A stretch of 64,000 bases of DNA from Chlorobiota bacterium (GTDB taxonomy: Bacteria > Bacteroidota > Ignavibacteria > Kapaibacteriales > UBA2268). A model generated the notes under the pieces. The model did no database searches. It was not told where the DNA came from and worked only from the letters and a program-made list of their open reading frames with translations. The stretch covers positions 1,140 through 65,139 of the forward strand of contig JBFHKR010000001.1 of NCBI GenBank assembly GCA_041595255.1. Reading direction: 5' to 3'. This document shows positions 11,266 to 20,672 of the stretch, one piece after another (the stretch's first letter is position 1; each line of letters opens with the position of its first letter). The position numbers and the translations under genes were made by a program.

Positions 11266-12361
11266 CAAAGGTAAAATACTAATTGTTGATGATAACCCAA
11301 CAAATATACAAGTAGTTGGGAATATATTAACTGAAAAAGGATTTGATATTGCTTTTGCTCAATCTGGTGAAAAAGCAATTGAACAAGTACTCCATACCGA
11401 TTATGATCTAATTCTATTAGATATAATGATGCCTGAAAAAGACGGGTTTGAGATTTGTGAAAGTCTGAAAGCAAACCCGCAAACAAAAGAAATACCAATA
11501 GTTTATCTAACTGCAAAGTCTGATATTGATTCTATTATTAGAGGTCTTCGAAATGGAGGTATTGATTATATTAGTAAACCATTTATCAAAGAAGAGCTGA
11601 TAGTAAGGGTTGAAAATCAAATAAAAATGAAGAAAATTCAAGATGAGCTAGTATTTGCTAATCGTTCGAAAGATAAATTCTTTTCAATAATTGCACATGA
11701 TTTGAAAAGTCCTATTAGTGCATTTAAAAATATTACAGATGTACTTGTTCGAGACTATGAAGATTTTGATAGGGAAGATATATATGATTTTGTTAAGAAA
11801 CTCAATGAATCAGCAGGTAATGTTTATAAATTATTAGATGATTTATTAGAATGGTCTCGTAATCAAAATAATAAAATAACATTTGATCCTAGCTTAATAT
11901 TACTTTCCAAATTATCTGAAAATATTATTGATTTACTCGGTAATAACATAGAAAGAAAAGAGTTAGAAGTTGTAAATAAGATTGATGAAGATATCAAAGT
12001 TTATGCTGATTTGAATATGATTAATACTGTCTTAAGAAACCTAATTTCTAATGCTATCAAATTTACTCAAATCGGTGGTAAAATTGAAGTTGGCTGTTCT
12101 GATTATGATGAAGATAGTATGATAGTCTGGGTCAAAGATAATGGTGTTGGGATGCAGCAATCAGATATTGAAAAATTATTCAAAATAGAAATACATCATA
12201 CTACTCATGGTACAGACGAAGAGGTAGGTACTGGACTCGGGCTAATCCTTTGTCAGGACTTTATACTAAAGCATAATGGTAAAATATGGGTAGAAAGTGT
12301 ATATGGAGAAGGATCAACTTTCTTTTTTACAATTCCTAAAGTTGATGTAAATAATCTATAA
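11255..12361 (+). CDS. Hybrid response regulator - histidine kinase (REC-HisKA-HATPase_c)
   Basis: 368 aa. REC motifs (ILIVDDNP, phospho-acceptor D in LILLDIMMP) then H-box IIAHDLKSPISA and G2 box GTGLGL. The start overlaps the upstream kinase by 11 nt. Confidence 0.85.
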   Translation: METSKGKILIVDDNPTNIQVVGNILTEKGFDIAFAQSGEKAIEQVLHTDYDLILLDIMMPEKDGFEICESLKANPQTKEIPIVYLTAKSDIDSIIRGLRNGGIDYISKPFIKEELIVRVENQIKMKKIQDELVFANRSKDKFFSIIAHDLKSPISAFKNITDVLVRDYEDFDREDIYDFVKKLNESAGNVYKLLDDLLEWSRNQNNKITFDPSLILLSKLSENIIDLLGNNIERKELEVVNKIDEDIKVYADLNMINTVLRNLISNAIKFTQIGGKIEVGCSDYDEDSMIVWVKDNGVGMQQSDIEKLFKIEIHHTTHGTDEEVGTGLGLILCQDFILKHNGKIWVESVYGEGSTFFFTIPKVDVNNL

Positions 12362-12436
12362 TCATTTTATTCAAATGATTTTTATTCATAATTTTGTAAA
12401 ATTTATAATTACAAAAACAAAAGTTGGTGTTATTTT

Positions 12437-12952
12437 ATGAAAATTGGTTTGATATATGGTACAAATACTGGTGTAACTGAAATAGTTGCAGAGAAGTTAG
12501 ATGAAGAATTAAGAGAGAACGGTGTGAATGTTGAATTACACGACATTGCAAGTGTTGATTTTGATATTATAGATAATTATGATACTTTGATTATAGCCGT
12601 TCCTACATGGAATGACGGAGAACTTCAAGATGATTGGGATGAGGTTTTTGACCAATGGAAAAACTACAACTTCGAAGGAAAGAAAGTAGGTTTTGTTGGT
12701 ACAGGAGACCAAGAGGCTTATCATGAGAATTATTTAGATGCGATTGGTAAAATGGCAGCGCCAGTAAGAAATTCTGGTGGAGAAATATTTGGAAGAACTT
12801 CTACAAAAGGATTCCAACATACAAAATCTGTTGGTGACGATGGAGATGGATATTTCTGTGGTTTAGCTATTGATGAAGACAATGAACCAGAATTGACTGA
12901 TGAAAGAATTGCAAACTGGGTTTCTCAAATAAAAGTAGAATTAAATATTTAA
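12437..12952 (+). CDS. fldA: Flavodoxin (long-chain)
   Basis: 171 aa. FMN-binding N-terminus MKIGLIYGTNTGVTE and typical flavodoxin length. Confidence 0.88.
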   Translation: MKIGLIYGTNTGVTEIVAEKLDEELRENGVNVELHDIASVDFDIIDNYDTLIIAVPTWNDGELQDDWDEVFDQWKNYNFEGKKVGFVGTGDQEAYHENYLDAIGKMAAPVRNSGGEIFGRTSTKGFQHTKSVGDDGDGYFCGLAIDEDNEPELTDERIANWVSQIKVELNI

Positions 12953-12995
12953 TCTACTAAAAGTCTAAATGTAAAAATTAAAGTGGTTGTTGTGG

Positions 12996-13589
12996 CTAAT
13001 CTTCTTTTAGTCCTCGACCACTTTTATTTATTTTACCATCTGTATTTAATTTCTTAAGAATAGAATCTAAAATACCGTTTACAAACATTTTACTTTTGTC
13101 AGTACTATACTTTTTCGAAATCTCAATTGCTTCATTTATACTTACTTTGGGAGGTATCTCATCGAAGAAAACAAGTTCACATATTGCTGATTGTACTAAG
13201 TACCTATCGATTTTAGCTATTCTATCAATTTCCCAGTTTTGAGCAAATTCTTCAAGAAGTTCGTTCAGATAAGATTCTTTATTAACTATCGTATTAGCAA
13301 GGTTTTTACCAAATTCTATATCCTCGTCACGCCAAATAATTGGAATATCAGACTCCATTTCGAGAATTTCTTCAGGTCTTAAAAATTTCCCATCTACATT
13401 CTTTTGTTCATCTTCTTCATCCCCAAAGTAAAAAACTCTGTAAAAGATGTGGTCAAACAATATATCAAGATCAGATTCACAACTATAATAAGACATAATT
13501 ATCTGTAGAACTTTTTCTCTTGCTAATCTTCTGTTTCCTTTCAAACTTCTTTTGTCGCTTAAAGGAAATACTTTATTTAATTCATTCAT
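12996..13589 (-). CDS. nusB: Transcription antitermination factor NusB
   Basis: 197 aa. NusB-like helices (RRLAREKVLQII...; ...AICELVFFDEIPPKVSINEAIEISKKY). It is longer than E. coli NusB, with an N-terminal extension and an insert. Confidence 0.7.
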   Translation of the reverse strand: MNELNKVFPLSDKRSLKGNRRLAREKVLQIIMSYYSCESDLDILFDHIFYRVFYFGDEEDEQKNVDGKFLRPEEILEMESDIPIIWRDEDIEFGKNLANTIVNKESYLNELLEEFAQNWEIDRIAKIDRYLVQSAICELVFFDEIPPKVSINEAIEISKKYSTDKSKMFVNGILDSILKKLNTDGKINKSGRGLKED

Positions 13590-13739
13590 AAAGAACTGTA
13601 AACTTATTAAAATTTGGTTTTGTTTTGAAACAGAACATAATACAAATCTTATAAATAATAAAGAAGAATATTATATAGAAAGAATATTTCATAGAAAATA
13701 TCTATTTTTGCTAATTCAATTTATTCAATTTTAGAGTTT

Positions 13740-14489
13740 ATGACCGAAAAAGAAACTATAAATAGGATTATAGAGATTTTATTAGTTTCTGACAATGTAA
13801 CCGTACTAACAGGTGCTGGTGTTTCGGCCGAAAGTGGTATTGCAACTTTTCGTGATCCTGATGGGTTGTGGTCAAAGTTTAATCCCAAAGAACTGGCAAG
13901 TATTGACGGATTTCTAAATAATCCTGAAAGAGTTTGGTCGTGGTATCAGTATAGAGTAAATATTATAAATAATACTAGACCTAATAAAGGTCATTACGCA
14001 TTGACTGAGTTACAAAATTTAATAACTGGATTTAACATCATAACTCAAAATGTTGATGGACTACATCAACAATCTGGTTCGAAAAATGTTATTGAATTAC
14101 ATGGTTCAATAGTTAGGAATAAGTGTTATGAGTGCAATAGATTACACGAAGATGTTATTATATATAATCAAAGGATTGTTAATTGCAATTATTGCAATGG
14201 TTTAATAAGACCTGACGTAGTTTGGTTTGGTGAGATGTTACCTGAAAAAGAAATTGAATTGGCTCAACAATTAGCAGAGAAATCAGATATATTTTTCTCT
14301 ATAGGTACGTCAGCTGAAGTATTTCCTGCTGCAGAATTACCTTTAGTTGCAAAAAGAGCTGGAGCAACTTTAATTGAAATAAATCCTGAAAGGACAATAC
14401 TTTCAGAATATGTAGACTTAAGATTAGAATTAACATCTGGGCTAGCAATGCCTATGATAATAGATGAATTTAAAAAGAGATTGGGATAA
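13740..14489 (+). CDS. cobB: NAD-dependent protein deacylase (Sir2 family)
   Basis: 249 aa. GAGVSAESGIATFRD NAD-binding motif, a Zn ribbon CxxC...CxxC (CYECNR...CNYCNG) and QNVDGLH. Confidence 0.9.
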   Translation: MTEKETINRIIEILLVSDNVTVLTGAGVSAESGIATFRDPDGLWSKFNPKELASIDGFLNNPERVWSWYQYRVNIINNTRPNKGHYALTELQNLITGFNIITQNVDGLHQQSGSKNVIELHGSIVRNKCYECNRLHEDVIIYNQRIVNCNYCNGLIRPDVVWFGEMLPEKEIELAQQLAEKSDIFFSIGTSAEVFPAAELPLVAKRAGATLIEINPERTILSEYVDLRLELTSGLAMPMIIDEFKKRLG

Positions 14490-14863
14490 TGATAATTGGA
14501 ATAGGAACAGATATAATAGAAATTAATAGAATAAGAAATACTTTAGAAAAATACGGGGAAAGATTTAAAAATAAATTGTTTACACAAATCGAAATAGACT
14601 ATTGTGAACAATATAAAAATAAAAAATACTCTCACTATGCAGCTCGTTTCGCTGCTAAAGAAGCATTCTCTAAAGCAATTGGGAAAGGATTCGCACGTGG
14701 TTTTAAATTTAAAGAAATTTATATTCAGAATTTGAAGACTGGTGAACCAACAGTTGTATTAGATGGTAGTTTAAAAGAGGAATATGGAGATAATATAATC
14801 AAAGTATCACTTTCACACACTGATAATAATGCTATTGCATATTTAACAATGGAATCAAAATAA
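14489..14863 (+). CDS. acpS: Holo-[acyl-carrier-protein] synthase
   Basis: 124 aa. MIIGIGTDIIEINRI N-terminus typical of AcpS. It overlaps the cobB stop. Confidence 0.88.
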   Translation: MIIGIGTDIIEINRIRNTLEKYGERFKNKLFTQIEIDYCEQYKNKKYSHYAARFAAKEAFSKAIGKGFARGFKFKEIYIQNLKTGEPTVVLDGSLKEEYGDNIIKVSLSHTDNNAIAYLTMESK

Positions 14864-15622
14864 ATGAAAGATAATTATATTTATGGTAAAAATGCTGTAC
14901 TACAAGGAATTGAAGCCGATAAAGTAGAAAAAATATTTTTAGCATTCGGAGCTCAAGGTGCATCTATAAACAAAATTTTTAAAGCTGCGAATCAAAATAA
15001 GATACCAATAACAAAGTATGATAGGAAGAGGTTTAGAGATTTAGAAAGACAAGTTTGTCCTGGTGATAATTTATCTCAGAGTGTAATCGCGATAACTAAG
15101 CAAGTAGAAACTTTGTCAATTGTAGATATTTTAGAGTTAGCTTATCAAAGTAGTGATAAACCTCTTATTGTTGCATTAGATGAAATCACCGACCCACAAA
15201 ATCTAGGAGCAATTGCAAGGTCAGCAGAGTGTGCAGGAGCTAGTGCTATAATATTAACCGAAAGAAACTCTGCACCAATAAATTCTTTTGCAGTTAAAGC
15301 ATCAGCAGGTGCACTTACAAAGATCCCAGTAGCTAGAGTTACTAACTTAGCTACAGAGTTGTCTAATCTAAAAGAACACGGTTTTTGGATTGTGGGTACA
15401 GAAGTTGATACAAACACTAAATATACTGACAATATTTATGATTCTCCTATTGTTCTAGTTATCGGGTCAGAGGGTAATGGAATGAGACCAAGAGTAAAAA
15501 AAGTTTGTGACCATCTAATAAATATACCAATGGTTGGTACAACACAATCTCTCAATGCATCAGTTTCAGCAGGTATTGTACTTTTCGAAATTCTTAGACA
15601 AAGAGATTTTAAAAAGATTTAG
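14864..15622 (+). CDS. rlmB: SpoU/TrmH-family RNA 2'-O-methyltransferase (RlmB-like)
   Basis: 252 aa. N-terminal substrate-binding region plus a SPOUT domain (LVIGSEGNGM, ...SLNASVSAGIVLFE). Confidence 0.8.
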   Translation: MKDNYIYGKNAVLQGIEADKVEKIFLAFGAQGASINKIFKAANQNKIPITKYDRKRFRDLERQVCPGDNLSQSVIAITKQVETLSIVDILELAYQSSDKPLIVALDEITDPQNLGAIARSAECAGASAIILTERNSAPINSFAVKASAGALTKIPVARVTNLATELSNLKEHGFWIVGTEVDTNTKYTDNIYDSPIVLVIGSEGNGMRPRVKKVCDHLINIPMVGTTQSLNASVSAGIVLFEILRQRDFKKI

Positions 15623-17111
15623 AGCTATTGTCAAGAGAATAATGATTTTCTAAATACTTTGAAAGTTTTACAAATGGTAAACCAATGATAAGGTAAATTA
15701 TGGCTACAATTATACCAGTACCAATATAATCGTAATATGTAGCTGATAATTCTAGATAGCGCTTAGTTAACTCAGCCATTGCTATAACAGATACTAAAGA
15801 AGTATCTTTTAGTAATGAAATAAAATCATTAGTTACAGGAGGTATAACAAGTCTAATTGCTTGAGGAATGATAATATGTTTTAATGCTTGTCTACGTGTC
15901 ATTCCTAATGAAACTGCGGCTTCCATTTGTCCACGAGGGACAGAAAAAAGTCCAGCTCTATAGTTCTCAGCTTCATATGCTGAGTAATTCAACCCTAAGC
16001 CTAATACCGCAGCAGAAAATGGATCCATATTAATACCAATGCTTGGTAGAGCATAGTATATAAAAAACAGTTGAATAAGTAGGGGAGTACCACGAATAAC
16101 TTCAATATAAGTAGTTGCTAGAAACGAAAGAGGTCGGGGAGCATATACTCTAGTTAGAGCTATTATAAGTCCTAACACGATAGCTAAAATCATTGATAGT
16201 ATTGACAATACAACTGTGGTTATAGCTGCTTCACCTAATATAGGTAAATATCCTATATATCTTTCTAAATAATCGTCAAATGCTAGTTCAGTTTTTCTTG
16301 ATTCTAGAAATGCTTCATATTTAACAGGTTTTATATTAGATGTAGATTTATCATCTAAATATAGTGCAACCATATAATTCCACATATCCCATTGTTCTAG
16401 AATTTCTCTAAGCTTACCAGATGTGATAAGTTTAGTAATAGCAGTGTTAACTCTTGTTTGAAGTAAAGTATCTTGTTTACGCATTACTATACCATAAACT
16501 ACTTCTCCAATAGGTTCACCTGTTAACTTCAATGCTGGATTCCACCCTGCATAATATTTTGCTACAGGCTCGTCGATTAAAACGGCATCTAGTCTGCTAT
16601 TTTTTAAATCTTCATAAGAACTAGCTTCACTATCATAAGTTTTTACGGTTATATTGCCGTGTTCTTTAAGAATTCTTTCAGCTAATGACCCTTTCAATGT
16701 ACCAACTTTTTTCTCTTCTAAGCCATTCAAATCTTGAATATCTTTCGAATCATATCTTACCACAATTTGCTGATATGTTATATAGTAGGGGATAGAGAAT
16801 GCTACTTCTTTTTTTCTATCTTCTGTGATTTCTAATCCATTAATTGCTAAATCATAATCATTTCTTTTTAATCCTGGTATTAATCCATCCCATTGATTTT
16901 GGAAATGTTTATTCTCAACTTCAAGTTCTTTAGAAATTGCATTGATAATATCTACTTCAAAACCGATTAATTTTGTAGGTATTCTTGGATCTTGAAAAAC
17001 GTATGGAGCACCACTTTCAGCATCAGCAGCCCAACGTAATACTTCTTTCTCTTGCGATGTTAAACCGAGAGTAAATAAAAGTATAAAAATGGAATGAAGT
17101 AAAAATTTCAT
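15609..17111 (-). CDS. ABC transporter, fused periplasmic amino-acid-binding domain and permease (polar amino acid family)
   Basis: 500 aa. Signal peptide, a SBP_bac_3-like domain, then a permease with the EAA-like loop (AAVSLGMTRRQALKHIIIPQA). Confidence 0.82.
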   Translation of the reverse strand: MKFLLHSIFILLFTLGLTSQEKEVLRWAADAESGAPYVFQDPRIPTKLIGFEVDIINAISKELEVENKHFQNQWDGLIPGLKRNDYDLAINGLEITEDRKKEVAFSIPYYITYQQIVVRYDSKDIQDLNGLEEKKVGTLKGSLAERILKEHGNITVKTYDSEASSYEDLKNSRLDAVLIDEPVAKYYAGWNPALKLTGEPIGEVVYGIVMRKQDTLLQTRVNTAITKLITSGKLREILEQWDMWNYMVALYLDDKSTSNIKPVKYEAFLESRKTELAFDDYLERYIGYLPILGEAAITTVVLSILSMILAIVLGLIIALTRVYAPRPLSFLATTYIEVIRGTPLLIQLFFIYYALPSIGINMDPFSAAVLGLGLNYSAYEAENYRAGLFSVPRGQMEAAVSLGMTRRQALKHIIIPQAIRLVIPPVTNDFISLLKDTSLVSVIAMAELTKRYLELSATYYDYIGTGIIVAIIYLIIGLPFVKLSKYLENHYSLDNSSKSF

Positions 17112-17114
17112 ATA

Positions 17115-17960
17115 CTATATAGCCAAGAGTTTAAGATAATCCCTAGTTCTACTATCTTTAGGATTTGAAAACATTTCTTCTGGAGGTGCCATTTCTATTA
17201 TTTCGCCTTTATCCATAAAGACAACTATATCAGAAGCATTCTTTGCGAAATTCATGGAGTGAGTAACTACTATTTGTGTCATCCCTTCTTTATTCAAATC
17301 GGTCATAACTTTTATAACTTCTTCAACTAATTCGGGGTCTAAAGCGGAAGTAGGTTCATCATAAAGCATGACTTTAGGATTCATTGCCAGAGCTCTAGCA
17401 ATTGCTACTCTTTGAGCCTGTCCTCCTGATAATTGATTAGGCATACGATCTATAAAATCTTCCATTCCAACTTTAGTTAGAAGTTTGATAGCATGTAATT
17501 TCGAATTTTCTATTTCTCTACCTTGTACTATTTTTGGTGCTATGATAATATTATCAAGTACATTATAGTTAGGAAACAAGTTCAAACCCTGAAACAACAT
17601 TCCAACTTTTGTTCTTAGTTTATGTGCTTTTAGTTTGAAATCTTGGTCAAGTTTGTTTTCTTCAATGGAGTTTATGAAAGGCATCCCTACTTTTCTACGG
17701 ATTTTACTTACATTATTTTCAAATTCTTTTCTATCTTTAGTTCTAGATAACTCCAAATCATCTATTTTGATTGTGCCTTCGTCTAGTATTTCCAAACAAT
17801 TCAAGCATCTCAATAGTGTAGTTTTACCACAGCCAGAACGACCTATGATAGAAATTAATTGACCTTTCTTTACATCCAAATCTATACCTCGGAGGATATG
17901 TGTGTCTCCAAAGTATTTATGTAGGTTTTTTATCTGAACTATATAGTTTTCGTTATTCAA
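17115..17960 (-). CDS. ABC transporter ATP-binding protein (polar amino acid family) with an internal ~30 aa insertion
   Basis: 281 aa. Walker A GRSGCGKTT, signature LSGGQAQRVAIARALA and Walker B VMLYDEPTSALD. The RRKVGMPF / RTKVGMLFQ motif before the Q-loop is duplicated. Confidence 0.88.
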   Translation of the reverse strand: MNNENYIVQIKNLHKYFGDTHILRGIDLDVKKGQLISIIGRSGCGKTTLLRCLNCLEILDEGTIKIDDLELSRTKDRKEFENNVSKIRRKVGMPFINSIEENKLDQDFKLKAHKLRTKVGMLFQGLNLFPNYNVLDNIIIAPKIVQGREIENSKLHAIKLLTKVGMEDFIDRMPNQLSGGQAQRVAIARALAMNPKVMLYDEPTSALDPELVEEVIKVMTDLNKEGMTQIVVTHSMNFAKNASDIVVFMDKGEIIEMAPPEEMFSNPKDSRTRDYLKLLAI

Positions 17961-18025
17961 TACAAATTATCATTTATTATTAATACAAGATATGAATAAT
18001 TATGTATTTTTCACAATAGATGTGT

Positions 18026-18051
18026 AAAAAAAAGACGTCCCAAGGGACGTC
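18026..18051 (-). terminator. Rho-independent terminator downstream of OmpA-like gene
   Basis: Perfect hairpin gacgtccc-aa-gggacgtc with an A-run on plus, read as a T-run on the minus strand. Confidence 0.7.
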
Positions 18052-18065
18052 TGAATTATTTTAAA

Positions 18066-18779
18066 TTACAAAGAAACAATCTTTATATAGGATCGACCTA
18101 TATATCTTTTACCTTTGGCAGCTTTTTCAACTGGTGGAGGATTTTCAGGGTCTGTTTGCTGATTTGGCTCTATTGATATTCTATCAACACTTACCCCAGA
18201 GCTAGCAAAAAAATCTTTTAATGATTGAGCTCTTTCTTTAGTTAACTTTTCATTAGCTGCCTTATCTTTATTATTATCAGGAAAACTAACAATTTGTACT
18301 TTTACATCTGGGTTTAATTTTAAAGTTTCTTGTAAATCATCCAATAGTATCTCACTACCTACTCTTAATTTCGATTTATTATATTCGAAAGGAGGAACTG
18401 ATAGAGGTAGTTTGACTCCAACTTCTTTTGGCATGATAAGAAAATCCTTAGATATCTCAGCATATTTATCAGTATTAGGAACATTAATAGAAAACTGTTG
18501 ATCCATGAATCCAGTTTTCTGTAATTTGATATCATAAGTTTCACCTGCCTTTAATCCAGTTATATAGTAATAACCATTTTCAGAAGCTCGGCTACGAGTA
18601 GCAGTTACACGTTTTCCATCTTTCATAACTAGTAATGCAGTTGTTTCAGGTTGTTTTGTAACTTGATTAAACACGTTACCAGTCAGTGAAACGACAGTTT
18701 TTATAAAACCTTGAGATTGTAAGTCATTGCTAAATAATAAAAAAGCAACGGTAGCTATTATTAGGTGTTTTAATTTCAT
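18066..18779 (-). CDS. OmpA-family protein with N-terminal carboxypeptidase-regulatory-like beta-sandwich
   Basis: 237 aa. Signal peptide, a CarbopepD_reg-like segment (YYYITGLKAGETYDIKL) and a C-terminal OmpA-like motif (NEKLTKERAQSLKDFFASSGV). Confidence 0.55.
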   Translation of the reverse strand: MKLKHLIIATVAFLLFSNDLQSQGFIKTVVSLTGNVFNQVTKQPETTALLVMKDGKRVTATRSRASENGYYYITGLKAGETYDIKLQKTGFMDQQFSINVPNTDKYAEISKDFLIMPKEVGVKLPLSVPPFEYNKSKLRVGSEILLDDLQETLKLNPDVKVQIVSFPDNNKDKAANEKLTKERAQSLKDFFASSGVSVDRISIEPNQQTDPENPPPVEKAAKGKRYIGRSYIKIVSL

Positions 18780-18791
18780 TTTTATTTCCTG

Positions 18792-19829
18792 TTACTTTTG
18801 TTTTTCTAAAAATCTTACAGTACCATCAACACATCCTAGTATTATAGTGGTTGCATCATAAACCAAATCTACAGACCAAATTTCTACTCCTGCGTTATGC
18901 TCCCATAATAATTTAGAATTATCCGAATTCCATAACTTTACTTTTTTGTCTAGACTCGCACTTACTAAAGTAGTATTGTCTTCAGCGAATGAAATATCTT
19001 GTACTAGTTCGTCATGAGCTTTCCAGCTATTTAATAATTTACCATCAGGCATAGACCAGATTTTTATTACTCCATCTTGGTCAGATGATGCCATTTTCTT
19101 TGAATCAAACGAGTATAAAACAGTTAGTACAGGTGCGTCATGTCCTAATAATGTCATAACAGGTTCCTTAGTTTCCAAATCCGTTGACCAAATCTTTATA
19201 GATTTGTCGTCACTACAAGAAGCAATATATTTACCATCATAACTGTAAGCAACGTTATTTGTTGGTTCTGAATGATCTCTAAGAGTTTTAATCTCTGTGC
19301 CCAGTCTATAATCCCACAATTTTACAGTTTTATCGAAACTAGTTGAAGCTATAAATGTACTACTATCATCTTGACTGAAGTAAACTCCTATAACTTGATC
19401 AGTATGACCTTTAAATATTTTTAGTTGTTTACCAGTTACTACATCCCATACTCTTACTGTATGATCACCAGAAGCAGAAGCTATCCACTTGTCGTTCCCA
19501 GAGAAAGAGAGATTATTTACTTGTCCCAAATGACCTTTCATTGTTACAAGTTCCTTTCCTTCTGGAATACTCCAAATCTTAATAGTTTCATCTAAACTAC
19601 AAGTTGCTACTTTTGAGTCTGCTTCATTTACGAATACACCCAGAACTTCATCATCATGTTTTCCCACTATTCTTTCTTTATATTTGAGTGAGTACAAGCT
19701 ACTGTATGACATAGCAAGTATTAGTAAACTAATAGTAATATTTTTCAACATTAAATTCCCTGTGTTCGTTTTCAAATTTTTCAAAAATAACAATTTTTTC
19801 TTAAAGCTATTACGTTCTAAGTAATTCAA
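18792..19829 (-). CDS. Membrane-anchored WD40 repeat (beta-propeller) protein
   Basis: 345 aa. N-terminal hydrophobic anchor, then about 7 WD repeats with GH...WD/WS spacing (GHxxxV...IKIWS, VRVWD, VKLWD). Confidence 0.85.
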   Translation of the reverse strand: MNYLERNSFKKKLLFLKNLKTNTGNLMLKNITISLLILAMSYSSLYSLKYKERIVGKHDDEVLGVFVNEADSKVATCSLDETIKIWSIPEGKELVTMKGHLGQVNNLSFSGNDKWIASASGDHTVRVWDVVTGKQLKIFKGHTDQVIGVYFSQDDSSTFIASTSFDKTVKLWDYRLGTEIKTLRDHSEPTNNVAYSYDGKYIASCSDDKSIKIWSTDLETKEPVMTLLGHDAPVLTVLYSFDSKKMASSDQDGVIKIWSMPDGKLLNSWKAHDELVQDISFAEDNTTLVSASLDKKVKLWNSDNSKLLWEHNAGVEIWSVDLVYDATTIILGCVDGTVRFLEKQK

Positions 19830-20187
19830 TAGTTTCTTCTAGCCTTTTCTTTATATTTTGTAAATCTGTCAAAGAAACTTGTTTTAAAACTTCTTTATAG
19901 CCTTTGCTTTTCTTATAAATATAGACTTTCTCTTCTATGTTATCTTCATTCAAATCTGTGTTTTTATTTATAAATGAAGAAGCTTGTTTCGTAGTTAATT
20001 TGTAAGTATATAATAGTTCTTTTAGGATTAACATCTTATCTACTAATGCTTTATCGAATCTACGATTACCACCTCTAGAACGTTTAGATTTCAAAAAAGT
20101 AACTTCACTCTCCCAATACCTAATAACATGTGGTTCGACTTTCAATAATTCACATACTTCAGATATTGACCAGTATAATTTTTTCAT
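19810..20187 (-). CDS. MerR-family transcriptional regulator
   Basis: 125 aa. N-terminal HTH resembling MerR (SISEVCELLKVEPHVIRYWE). It overlaps the downstream WD40 gene by 20 nt. Confidence 0.78.
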   Translation of the reverse strand: MKKLYWSISEVCELLKVEPHVIRYWESEVTFLKSKRSRGGNRRFDKALVDKMLILKELLYTYKLTTKQASSFINKNTDLNEDNIEEKVYIYKKSKGYKEVLKQVSLTDLQNIKKRLEETIELLRT

Positions 20188-20313
20188 ATCTCAATTATAG
20201 TAAAAAGTAAAAACAAAAATTAATATACTTTCGCTTAAAATAAAAATATTTTTTTTACTTCTGTTGTTTTAGTATATTTGTAATCGTTCAAAATTAACTT
20301 TTCTAAGGAAATT

Positions 20314-20619
20314 ATGGAAAAATATATAGTTAATCCTGTTCAAGTACGTATGAAAGAAACAGCAAAGGGATCAGTTTACCAAGCTATAGTAGCTATGGGC
20401 TTTCGTGCTAGACAGATAAATGATGATATCAAAATGGAATTAAATAGCCGAATGGCTGATGTTATTCCTACTGGTGATGATTCTGAAGTAATTAATCATG
20501 ATCAGTTGAATATCAGTCGTGAATTCGATAGAATTCCTAAACCCACTTTTTTAGCTATGAAAGAGACATTTGAAGATAAATTGAAATTTGGCGACCCCAA
20601 AGAACTTCAAAATTTATAA
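20314..20619 (+). CDS. Small conserved protein, possibly RNA polymerase omega-like
   Basis: 101 aa. The segment QAIVAMGFRARQIN resembles the RpoZ helix. The assignment is weak. Confidence 0.35.
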   Translation: MEKYIVNPVQVRMKETAKGSVYQAIVAMGFRARQINDDIKMELNSRMADVIPTGDDSEVINHDQLNISREFDRIPKPTFLAMKETFEDKLKFGDPKELQNL

Positions 20620-20634
20620 ATTCAATGAAATATT

Positions 20635-20672
20635 TAAAAAAAAGCTACTTATAAAATAAGTAGCTTTTTTTT
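20635..20672. terminator. Bidirectional rho-independent terminator between convergent genes
   Basis: Hairpin aagctacttat-aaaa-taagtagctt flanked by an A-run upstream and a T-run downstream. Confidence 0.75.

Noticed and set aside
12980-13024. Possible hairpin terminator between fldA and nusB
   Set aside because: The stem (aaagtggt/accacttt) encloses a ~29-nt loop and overlaps the nusB stop. It is too weak to call.
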